Assembly (NCBI GenBank): GCA_973851085.1
Contig: OZ316776.1
Coordinates: 5,518,001 to 5,582,000 of the forward strand
Direction: 5' to 3'
Source: Ptychomitrium polyphyllum
Taxonomy: Eukaryota
DNA: 64,000 nt
Both the position numbers and the translations under genes were made by a program. This document shows positions 26,101 through 36,737 of the stretch, one piece after another (the stretch's first letter is position 1; every line of letters starts with the position of its first letter). The notes under the pieces were generated by a model. It was not told where the DNA came from. It did not search any database and worked only from the letters and a program-made list of their open reading frames with translations.

Positions 26101-27532
26101 TCCACTACTTATGGCCACATCCAACACCACTTCCTTCGTCTCGTACGGTTTGCCTTTTGCAAATCGCATGTTGATGGGCTTAGTAGCTTTTTGAGCCGAC
26201 AAGCCCAACTCCCTTGCTAGCTTGGGACTCATGAAGGAATGCGTTGTCCCTGTGTCAATCAAACATAAGATATTTTTGCCATTTATTTGGGCCTCAAGGT
26301 ATAAGAGACTCGACCTTGGCTTAAGGCTACTAGCCTTGGCCACAAATCCACCTTCTAAAATGTGATCCACAACACAAGTGTGACAAGCTTTGGTACTCAC
26401 CATTTTATCGGGGCACTCCGCAATGAAGTGACCAATCTTGCCACACTCGTGGCAACGCTTGTGCTTCACCTCAGCACCCTTATCTCTCGATTTGAATGGT
26501 TTTTTCTCATGATGGGCCACTTTGTTGTAGGCCCTTCCATCTACTTGTTCCTTGTTTTTGTTTCCAAAGCCAAATTTCTTGCGTTCTCTGCCGCGAGATA
26601 CATTTTGGCTCAATCCATTATGTTGAGAGGAACCATTTGATTTTCTTTCGGGACCGTCGGCTTCAATTCTTTCTGCAATCTTAATGATTTCCGCCACATC
26701 TTCCGGAAGCTTTGGAAATTTGAACAAGGCGTCCACCACCCACTTTTGAAGCCCACCAAAAAAGATGCATTTCTTTGAAAACTCATCCATTTTGAATGTG
26801 GCATTCATTTGGGCATTGAAATCTTGCACATAAGTCTTGAGCGATCTGGTGTGCCTCATTTGCACCAAGTTCATGCCCTCCCTCAACTCTTGGTATTCCG
26901 GAGTGAAGAGTTCACTCAAAATCTCTTTAAAATCGATCCAAGACAAAGTTGCCACCACCTCCGGCTCTTGCTCCTTTTTACTTGTCCACCATTAAAGAGC
27001 ATGGTCTTTCAAAAAGGTCACCGCAATTGAAACTTTGTCCACCTCCTCCGGCTTTTGAACATCATAATCGTTGTCCATTTCCAAAAGAAACTCCTTCATC
27101 TTCCTAGCCTTACCTAGCCCAGAAAAAGTGCTGGGCATGTTCACCTTGGCCAATTTCTTGGTCGAAGATGAGGACCAGAAACCTTGTGCCATCAAGTACT
27201 CAATCAACCTCTCTTGACGGGTCTTTTCTTCTTTGCCACGCTTGAGTTCTTGATTCACACCGTCCATGAACTCGAGCATTTTCATGCAAAAACTTTAGTC
27301 AGGGTCTTGACTTTCTAGGCCCTCAGGTGGCTCAGGAATCCTAGCTCCTGAGTACTCTCCACCCTCTAACACTTCGTCTTGCTGAGTTTTTTCAACTTCC
27401 TCGGTGACTCCAATGTCATTTCCTTGCTCATTGGAATCAAATGATGGAACCTCATTAATCTTTGTTCACCCTTGTGCGTAGTCGTCTGGAAGCCCCGGGC
27501 TCACCGCCATCACCGGCCTTCTTCTTACCCAT
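23180..27532 (-). pseudogene. Family 2 gag-pol (gag, CCHC knuckle, PR, RT, RH, IN, chromodomain), degenerate
   Basis: [67 protein letters not shown]...YLVKWRGY. Gag and PR share one frame (ORF 25555-26958). The RT core is deleted. Confidence 0.93.
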
Positions 27533-27570
27533 AGCCTCCTCGCAACATAGCACTTGAATACTCAAAGCCC

Positions 27571-27582
27571 GCTCTGATACCA
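27571..27582 (-). promoter_or_regulatory. Primer-binding site complementary to the initiator tRNA-Met 3' end
   Basis: TGGTATCAGAGC, 2 nt inside the 5' LTR. Confidence 0.92.
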
Positions 27583-27584
27583 AA

Positions 27585-28728
27585 TGTCGCAACCCTTGTA
27601 ATGCACCTTAGCAAGCATCACGCGCGTCAATCCTGTACACCCCCACATGCACATGGTTAACCCCCATTCTCACTTTCCAAGTCTTTCTAACCATTTCTCT
27701 TAGGACACCCAATTTATTAGTAGCCAATGCTTAGGTGCGGACTTCCATTCATGCCCAAGGCCTCCTTGGTGTTACTCCCATTCCACACGGCCTAACCGCA
27801 CTTAGTGGTGTTTCCTCACCACCACTCATGATGCCCATATGATCCTAAGATCACCCCGGGCCATCATGGTGCCGACATGAAGACACCACCCCAACTTAGT
27901 GGTAACAAGCGTACCCTTTTGAACATGCTAAATCCCTCCGTGAAACCGGCCATCCACCGGCTCACAATGGTGTACGAGTCCCCGTGGTAAAGCCCCAACA
28001 CTAGCTCCACCAACCGAGACTCACCCTTGGTATCTACCGGGACACTAGGGAAGTGGGGAGGGGGACCAGCCCTCCCTTATAATACTCTCTGTGGAATTTG
28101 GCAGGCCCCCTGGCCCTCTGTAGCTGGCTGAACCCCGACACACCTAGAGTTTGGAAGACCATCCGATCTCCCTTGAGACTTAGCCGCTGGAAGCCTCTCG
28201 GACTCCCAGCGGACCTTCAGAGAGCCATATCTTCTTCATGCGGTGCCCGAATGAATTGAGCAACCACTCTATCGTCATCTACTATTTGCGTAGATGCCGA
28301 TAGACTCCTCAAACGTCCGATTTGAGTTAATATTGTGGGAGATACGCCTCTCCTAAGGTTTGGGACTCCCGGGGAGTGCCTCCCTGGACTGTCCCACTCC
28401 AGTACAGTCACTGTGTAGGGCTGCCATAGTCCAGCATAGCCCCTTGGCAACCCCAACTTTGGGATGCCATAACTTTTAGCTCCCTTGTCCGATTTGGACA
28501 ATCTTTAGCATTCTAGATTCAGCTCTTTGTGATTCCTCCAATGCCCACCATTTATCCCTTGAGGCCCTTGGTCTACATGGGCAAGGATGTTTTTCCTCCT
28601 AAGGGTCCTTCCCACGCTAGGCCCACTTGGTTCCCCTCACTATTGGCACCCCAAGTCCCGGACGTCAGTCCAGAGTCTCCTCTGTGCCCTTAGTGTTGTA
28701 GGCACTCCTTAAAGAAAGGTGCGCGACA
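27585..28728 (-). repeat. Family 2 5' LTR
   Basis: Highly similar to 21244-22388. Confidence 0.95.
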
Positions 28729-28982
28729 AAAGTGGCCACAAATCCCACTTGAGTTGTGCCATCAGGATAGCAAGATCGATGCAAACTAAGGACGAGCCTT
28801 ACTTGTTGAACAAAGCCTCTCAATTTTGATTTTGATCCAACGAACTTGTCTGGCATGCTAATCTTTGGCTCTACATGGATTCAATGTAAGCTTTCCCTTC
28901 CAATATTGGCCTCTCGCAACTGAACAACCTCTTAATATAGGCTTTGAATATCACCACTGGATTCTTCAGCTTGTCAAGTATG

Positions 28983-29700
28983 TGTCACGGACATAAATCA
29001 TGCAACATAGTCCTTAAAACATTCTAGAACCTTCTAGTATACTAGAATAGTTTCTTAGAATACTTTTAGATGTATCCATAGCCTTTTTATGTTTTTAGGA
29101 AGCTTCGTAGGGAAGTTCCTCCACCTTAGGAAACTTCCTAGGAAGGTTCTATCATCTTAGATTACTTCCTAGGAAACTTCCTAAGAAGCTTCCATCACCT
29201 TAGGAAACTTCCTAGGAAGGTTCTATCATCTTAGATTATTTCCTAGGAAACTTCCTAAGAAGCTTCCATCACCTTAGAAAACTTCCTACGAAGGTTCCAT
29301 CATCTTAGGAAACTTCCTATGAAGGTTCTACCTTTGCAGGAAACTTCCTAAGAAGATTCCATTATCTTAAGAAACTTCCAAGGAAGGTTCCAACTCCTTG
29401 GAAGCTTCTTAGGAAGGTTCCAACATCTTAGGAAACTTCTTGGGAAGGTTCCCTAGACTTCCAGAACATTCTTAAGCCTTGTAGGAAGCTTCTTTAGAAG
29501 TATCCTAGGAGATACAACGTCATAGTATAAATAGGAGGCAAGACAAGGTATTCCTTAGTCTTGCCAACACAAGTTGTGGATCATCTTGAATCCTACCTTG
29601 TTCTAGTCTTTGTAACAACTTCTTGTTAATCATTAGCTCTTTGGAAGCTAATTCTTGGGAAACACTTCGTTTCTGCTTCTTGTTTCTTATGTCCCTAACG
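28983..29700 (+). repeat. Family 1 5' LTR (718 bp) with an internal quasi-palindromic ~30-bp array and TATAAATA at 29526-29533
   Basis: TGTCACGGACA...CCCTAACG, with repeated GGAAACTTCCTAGGAAGGTTCCATCAYCTTA-like units. Confidence 0.93.
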
Positions 29701-29935
29701 GTTTGGCAATACTACTTTTCATCTTTGTCAGAGCTAAGGTTCTTTGAAGAAGATTGTGGATTACCCATCTTCTTAAGGATTCCATAGAGTTTTAAAAGTT
29801 GCGGATTACCCTCTTCTAAGCTGGCACCATAGAGTTGGTTTCTCCTTCTAGAATCAAGTATTACTTCTATCAAAGGACGTGGATTTCCTCCTTTGAAGAT
29901 ACTCATAGTCTTTTTGTCTTTGAGAGTCTTATGAA

Positions 29936-30955
29936 ATGGATAAGGTGCTTGAAACATCAGAGAATAGGTTTGCAACTATTGCAGACCTTCAAGAATTATT
30001 AAACACAGTTCGAACGGAACTCGCCCGTTTTAATACCACCAACAATTTGGAGCAACACACTTGGCAAATTGAAGAATCCAATGGTGATATTCAAAGCCTA
30101 TATCAAGAGGTTGTTCGATTGCGAGAGGCCAATATTGGAAGAGAAGGTTTTCGTCGAACCCACTCAGAGCCAAAGATTAGTATGCCAGACAAGTTTGATG
30201 GATCAAGATCGAAATTGAGAGGCTTTGTTTAACAAGTAAGACTCTTCCTTAGTTTGCATCAATCTCGCTATCCTGATGGCACTACTCAAGTGGGATTTGT
30301 GGCCACTCTTTTATCAAACAATGCATTATCGTGGTTTGCACCTCTAATGGAGAAGCAGTCACCATTATTGAACAACTTAGATGCTTTTATAGAAGCATTG
30401 ACATCTACTTTTGGAGACACCGACCGAGAGAGGGTGGCTGAGACAAGGATCCAGAGTCTCCAACAAGGGCAGCGCTCAGCTGCTACATATGCTGCAGAGT
30501 TTCGACAATTAGCTTGCAACCTTGATTGGAATGATAAAGCCTTGGTCACAAGATTTTGATGGGGCTTAAGAGAGAATGTCAAGAATTTGCTACTCACAAT
30601 GCCAAGAGTTGAAACATTGGACGAATTCATCACTCAGGCAATAGCATGTAATAACAGACTATTTGAGAGGCGCCAAGAATAACGCTTGGGATGGCGACCA
30701 GTACATCAAAGCATGGATACCACTTCTTCAAGAGTATCCGAAAGTCGACCGCAAGGACCAGAACCTATGCAAATTGATGCTGCCCAGTTCAGACGCTTGA
30801 CTCCAAAAGAAAAAGAAAGGCGTTGAAGAGAAAACCTCTGCTTGTATTGTGGCAAGTCTGGACACAAAGTGCGCGACTGCCAAATCAAAGGATCTGTTTT
30901 TAAGGCTCAAAGCACAATGGTGGAGTTGGAAAACGAGGCTATCCAGTCACAATAG
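29936..30955 (+). pseudogene. Family 1 gag (retrotransposon gag domain + CCHC knuckle) with premature stops
   Basis: PDKFDGSRSKLRGF, ALSWF, QGQRSAATYAAEF, GPEPMQID, CLYCGKSGHKVRDC. Confidence 0.92.
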
Positions 30956-33900
30956 GGACCATGCGATTGGACACCACAAGGAAACCACCATCAAATCAAG
31001 GTCTCTTACTACCTTCAAACCCTACCTCTTGTTTTACATTTCCTATCAAAATTAAATTGTTAGATGATGAAATAATTAGCGAGGCTCTCTTAAACACTAG
31101 TGCAACGGCATGTTTTATGGACACGGATTTTGCAACCAAACATCACATGGTGCTTGTGAAGAAAAAATATCCCGCACCTGTTGAAGTTATCATTGGACGA
31201 TCTCTTGCGTCTGTCAACGTTATTGAAGAAACTCAACCATTGGAGGTTATTTTAGGAGACCAGGCATCTAAGATTGTCTTCAACATCATTCAATGCCGAG
31301 CGAATCCTATTGTTTTGGGCCTTCCTTGGTTTGAATTACATAATCCAGACATTGACTAGCGCTCACGGAGTGTGGTCTCAAGGAAAAGACGCCAAGGTAC
31401 GAGAAATTTTGGACCATCGTTTATTGGAGCTAAGGCATTTATGAGAGCGGCGAAGGATGAACCAATCTATGCCATTTATGCCACGCCAATGTCTAGCTCT
31501 ACAATAGAGATTATTAAAAACATACCTCGTCAATATCAAGATTAGAAAGATGTTTTTGAGAAGAAGAATGCGGACATGTTACCAAAGCACCGGCCATACG
31601 ATTGTACCATTGAGTTGCAAGAAGGAGCCCAACCACCTTTTGGACCTATTTATAACTTATCACAAACTGAACTGACTGCCTTCAGTGATTATATTGATGA
31701 AAACCTTGGAAAGGGTTTCATTCAACAGTCTAAATCACCTGCTGGAGCACCCATTTTATTTGTAAAGAAGAAAGATGGATCATTACGTATGTGCGTGGAC
31801 TATCGAGGCCTCAATAAAGTAACAAAAAAGAATTGCTATCCATTACCATTAATCTTAAGACTCCTACAACAACTTGGCCAAGCAAAGATATTCACCAAAA
31901 TTGATCTTAGAGGAGCCTACAATCTTGTACGCATCAAAAAAGGAGACGAATGGAAGACAGCTTTTCGATCTAAGTATGGTCATTTTGAATACAATGTCAT
32001 GCTTTTTGGCCTTACTAATGACCTCGCAGTCTTTCAACATATGATGAATGATATCTTCCATGAATATCTAGATGATTTTGTAATCATCTACTTAGATGAT
32101 ATTTTGATATATTCAAAGGATGAACAAGACCACAAATGTCATGTGCAAATGGTCTTAGAAAAACTACGTTAGCGAGGATTATATGCCAAATTGGAGAAGT
32201 GCCTTTTCCATAAATCATCTGTAGAATTTTTAGGTTACATTATTTCCAAAAGAGGAATCCATATGGATAAGAAAAAAATAAGCACTGTCATGGAGTGGAG
32301 TACGCCAAGATCAATTTGAGATGTTCAATGCTTCTTGGGATTTGCAAACTTCTATAGAATATTCATCAAGGATTATTACAAGATTGCGGCACCATTTACA
32401 CGTCTTACGGGGAAGCAAAAATTCATTTGGGATGAAGAGGCGGAAAGAGCATTTCAAAGTCTTAAGAAGTCATTCACGTCGGCTCCAATTCTAATTCATC
32501 CAAATCCGTCAAATCCTTTTTATTTGGAAGCGGATGCTTCAGATTTTGCGCTTGGCTCAGTATTCTCACAATATGATGATGACGGGAGACTTCACCCTCT
32601 TGCCTTTCGTTCAAGGAAGTTCTCAGCGGCAGAGATTAACTATGATATACATGATAAAGAACTACTTGTAATTGTGGATGCGTTTGAAGAATGGCGACAC
32701 TTATTGGAAGGAGCTCAACATACCATCATGATATACACAGACCACAAAAACTTGGAGTATTTCATGAGTGCGCGCGTTTTGAATCGCCGTCAAGCAAGGT
32801 GGAGTATGTCGCTTTCTAGATTTGACTTTGTCATTACTTATCGATCTGATTGCTTGCAAGATAAGGCAGATGCCTTATCTCGAAGATCTTATTTAGCTCC
32901 TCAAGCTGGAGATGATGTTTTGAATCAACAAAGGACTATTTTATTGAAGCCTGAGAATCTTCAATTGAAAGCAGCCATTATTACGACAACATCCCATTTT
33001 GACGAAATTTGGAATGCTTAAAAGAATGACGTTTTTGTTTCAAATATAAAGAAGTGCCTCAAAGACAATGGAAATCCTTCAAATAGCGATGAGGATTTTG
33101 AATTCCAAGAAGGCCTACTTTATTATAAAGGACTTTTGTACCTACCTCCAGGCCCTTTGCGGTTGAAGATCTTTCAAGCACGTCATGATTTTTCAGCAGC
33201 AGGACATTTTGGATTCAATAAAACAATGGAATTGATTGCTAGAGATTATTGGTGGCCACAAATGTGGAAGTACGGAAAGGACTTTATTCGATCATGCGAC
33301 ACTTGTGTAAGAGCCAAGGTACCAAGGCACCAACCTCATGGTTTCTTCCATCCGCTTCGAGTGCCATGGGGCCCATGGTTGTCTTTATCAATGGATTTTA
33401 TCACGGACCTTCCAAATTCCTATTCTAAGGATTGTATTTTAGTGATAATGGATCAATATATCTAGATGGCACAATTCATTCCATACAAGAAGACGGTAAT
33501 GGGAGAAGAAACTGCCAAGTTGTTCCTAAATCACGTCTACCGCATACATGGACTACCAGATGATATTGTATTTGATCGAGGGCCGCAATTCATTTCCAAC
33601 TTTTGGAAGGCTCTATTTCAACTGTTGCGTGTAAAGATCAATCTTTCTTCAGCACACCATCCACAAACTGATGGCCAAACCGAACGCGTGAATCAAATTT
33701 TGGAGCAATACCTTTGTTGTAGCATAAACTACCAGCAAGATAATTGGATGGACCTCTTGCCTTTGGCAGAATTTGCTTACAACAATAGGGTGCACTCTTC
33801 AACAACTCAAAATCCATTCTTTGCAAACTATGGGCATCATCCTCGAATAGATCCAATTCAAGTGAAGCATGTTGGAAGTCCCGCAGCAGAGGATTTTGCA

Positions 33901-34440
33901 ATTCAACTTGCTAAAATCCATCAAGAAATTACCTTCCAGTTACAACAAGCTCAAGATCGTTACAAAACTTATGCAGATAGCCATCGGAAGGACCATCCAA
34001 AGTTCAAGGTTGGAGATAGCGTATGGCTCCTACGACAAAATATACAGACAAAAAGACCATCAAAGAAGTTGGACTATCAAAGGTTGGGACCGTTTGAAAT
34101 CAGCAAATAAATAAATCCAGTTAGATATCGCCTAAAACTACCACCAAGCATGCAAATTCATCCAGTATTCCACGTATCGTTGTTGGAAACCTATAACAAA
34201 TCATGTATGCCAGAGAGAATTGTTCCCCCGCCTCCTCCGCTAGAAATCAATACTGAAATTGAATATGAAGTGGAAGAGATCTTAGATTCACGCATCAAGA
34301 ACGGACGTGTGGAGTACCTTATACATTGGCAAGGATATGGCATCAATGACCGAACATGGGAACCTTCAACGAATGTAACAAACGCATCCGAGAAGGTACG
34401 CGAATTTCATCAAAGATATCCTTAGAAACCATGTCAGTGA
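30928..34440 (+). pseudogene. Family 1 pol in the -1 frame relative to gag (PR, RT with YLDD, RH, IN, chromodomain), degenerate
   Basis: Track ORFs 30961-31359, 31576-32172, 32335-33021, 33136-33465, 33466-34110 and 34150-34425 are all in one frame, separated by point stops. Confidence 0.95.
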
Positions 34441-35039
34441 TGATGTGTCATCAGCAGCCGTTAGCTTCATAGAGAAGTTTTTCCTTTGTAGACAAGTATA
34501 AGAAGGAAGGAGAGATATCCAGACCTCCGATTGTATGCAGCGTTATTTCTAAGATAGATCATTTCCAGATCGTAACCAGTATGTCAAATCTTCGTGTTAT
34601 CATGGATATGCGTGAAGAGCAGTCGGCCATGCCTTCATCAACAACAGCATCTGTTGAGCCAACTCAATTTTCTCAGCCCTCGGTAACGGAGGATCTAAGT
34701 CAAGATATGAGAGGGACATCCCAACGTCGAGTACGACCTCGTGCAGAAGTATTGACTAGTCGCCCTTCACATTCCAGTCTTGATTCAGATGCTCGCGCTT
34801 TAGTCATCTTGTTAGAAATTGGAAGAGTCACTCCTGGAGGACCCGAAATCTTGTTTGGAGGATGTTTCGAAGGACTTAATTAAGATCAGATCTTGGGATG
34901 GGACATTTCAACAACAGAAGTCTTGGCTGGTGGCCATCGGCGTTTCTTGCAAGGACCAGTTGAACCAGTGAATAGAGAACAACGAGCAAAGTATGTTGCT
35001 TCACTCCTTCGACAAATTGTGGAATTTGTAGAAATGTGA
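34440..35039 (+). pseudogene. Family 1 extra 3' ORF (199 codons, two premature stops), plus-strand copy
   Basis: The ATG overlaps the pol stop (TGATGATG at 34438-34445). MMCHQQPLAS*RSFSF...GLN*DQILGWDIS...VEFVEM*. Confidence 0.65.
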
Positions 35040-35094
35040 CAAGCAAGCCAAGAAAACAACTCCTCATGGGAGTCGTCGCTAAAAGGGGAAGTGA

Positions 35095-35727
35095 TATCAC
35101 GGACATAAATCATGCAACATAGTCCTTAGAACATTCTAGAACCTTCTAGTATACTAGAATAGCTTCTTAGAATACTTTTAGATGTCTCCATAGCCTTTTT
35201 TATGTTTTTAGGAAGCTTCCTAGGAAAGTTCCTCCACCTTAGGAAACTTTCTAGGAAGGTTCCATCACCTTAGGAAACTTCCTATGAAGGTTCCATCACC
35301 TTAGAAAACTTCCTATGAAGGTTCTACCTCTTCAGGAAACTTCCTAAGAAGGTTCCGCTATCTTAGGAAACTTCCAAGGAAGGTTCCAACTCCTTGAAAG
35401 CTTCCAAAGAAGGTTCCAATTCCTTGGAAGCTACTTAGGAAGGTTCCAACATCTTAGGAAACTTCTTGAGAAGGTTCCTTAGACTTCCAGAACATTTTTA
35501 AGCCTTGTAGGAAGCTTCTTTAGAAGTATCCTAGGAGATACAAACGTCATAGTATAAATAGGAGGCAAGACAAGGTATTCCTTAGTCTTGCCAACACAAG
35601 TTGTGGATCATCTTGAATCCTACCTTGTTCTAGTCTTTGTATCAACTTCTTGTTAATCATTAGCTCTTTGGAAGCTAATTCTTGGGAAACACTTCGTTTC
35701 TGCTTCTTGTTTTTTGTGTCCCTAACA
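35095..35727 (+). repeat. Family 1 3' LTR (633 bp)
   Basis: T(A)TCACGGACA...CCCTAACA, immediately after the PPT. Confidence 0.93.
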
Positions 35728-36088
35728 GTATATTGCTCCAAATTATTGGTAGTATTAAAACGGGCGAGTTCCGTTCAAACTGTGTTTAATAACTCTAGAA
35801 AGTCAACAATAGTTGCAAACCTATTCTCTGATGTTCCAGGCATGTTATCCATTTCTTAAGACTCTCAAAGACAAAAAGACTATGAGTACCTTCAAAGGAG
35901 GAAAATCCACGTCCTTTGAAAGAAGTAATACTTGGTTCTAGAAGGAGAAACCAACTCTATGGTGCCAGCTTAGAAGAGGGTAATCCGCAACCTCTAAGAC
36001 GCTATGGAATCCTTAAGAAGATGGGTAATCCACAATCTGCTTCAAAGAACCTTAGCTCTGACAAAGATGAAAAGTAGTATTGCCAAAC

Positions 36089-36608
36089 TGTTAGGGACAC
36101 AAGAAACAAGAAGCAGAAACGAAGTGTTTCCCAAGAATTAGCTTCCAAAGAGCTAATGATTAACAAGAAGTTGATACAAAGACTAGAACAAAGCAGGATT
36201 GAAGACGATCCACAACTTGTGTTGGCAAGACTAGGGAATACCTTGTCTTGCCTCCTATTTATACTATGACGTTGTATCTCCTAGGATACTTCTAAAGAAG
36301 CTTCCTATAAGGCTTAAGAATGTTCTGGAAGTCTAGGGAACCTTCCCAAGGAGTTTCCTAAGATGTTGGAACCTTCCTAAGAAGCTTCCAAGGAGTTGGA
36401 ACCTTCTTAGGAAGTTCCCTAGGAAGTTACCTGAGATGATAGAGGACTCCTAGGAAGTTTCATAAGATGGAGGAACTTTTTTAAGAAGCTTCCTAAGAAC
36501 ATGAAAAGACTATGGAGACATTTAGAAGTATTCTAAGAAGCTATTATTACATACTAGAAGGTTCAAGAATGTGTTAAGAACTATGTTCCATGATCTATGT
36601 CCGTGATA
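36089..36608 (-). repeat. Family 1 5' LTR of the outer element (520 bp)
   Basis: TGTTAGGGACA...TGTCCGTGATA, followed by the TSD CCTTG. Confidence 0.93.
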
Positions 36609-36634
36609 CCTTGTGTTTTGAGTCGAAGAGAGTA

Positions 36635-36737
36635 TTGTGGAATTTATATAACATTATGGAGTTTATATAGTATTATGGAATTTATATAGAGTTATGGAAT
36701 TTATATAATATTATGGAGGTTACGTAGAGTTATGAAG
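36635..36737. repeat. 19-bp tandem repeat (TTATGGAATTTATATARNN) x5.4
   Basis: Units start at 36635, 36654, 36673, 36692, 36711 and 36730. Confidence 0.85.

Larger units (their letters stand above)
21244..28728 (-). mobile_element. Full-length Ty3/gypsy chromovirus (family 2, tRNA-iMet PBS) nested in family 1 gag
   Basis: LTRs at 21244-22388 and 27585-28728. TSD AGAGT/AAAGT (1 mismatch). PBS TGGTATCAGAGC at 27582-27571. PPT AAGGTGGAGGTGAG at 22402-22389. Confidence 0.95.
28983..35727 (+). mobile_element. Full-length family 1 Ty3/gypsy chromovirus nested in opposite orientation in the outer element's gag
   Basis: LTRs at 28983-29700 and 35095-35727. TSD GTATG/GTATA (1 mismatch). PPT AAAAGGGGAAGTGA at 35081-35094. 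The outer gag resumes at 35733. Confidence 0.95.
13840..36608 (-). mobile_element. Outer Ty3/gypsy chromovirus LTR retrotransposon (family 1, Tcn1/RLG1-like) carrying nested insertions
   Basis: LTRs at 13840-14361 and 36089-36608. Identical 5-bp TSD CCTTG at 13835-13839 and 36609-36613. Polypurine tract (PPT) GGGGAGGTGA on the minus strand next to 14361. gag ATG at 35852. Order gag-PR-RT-RH-IN-chromodomain. Confidence 0.93.

Noticed and set aside
29095..29500. CRISPR-like appearance of the palindromic repeats
   Set aside because: No unique spacers, no cas genes, and it lies inside eukaryotic LTRs.
29712..29975. Antisense ORF in the family 1 leader (MSIFKGGNPRP...)
   Set aside because: Frameshifted in the second copy (extra A near 35904) and explained by the leader repeats.
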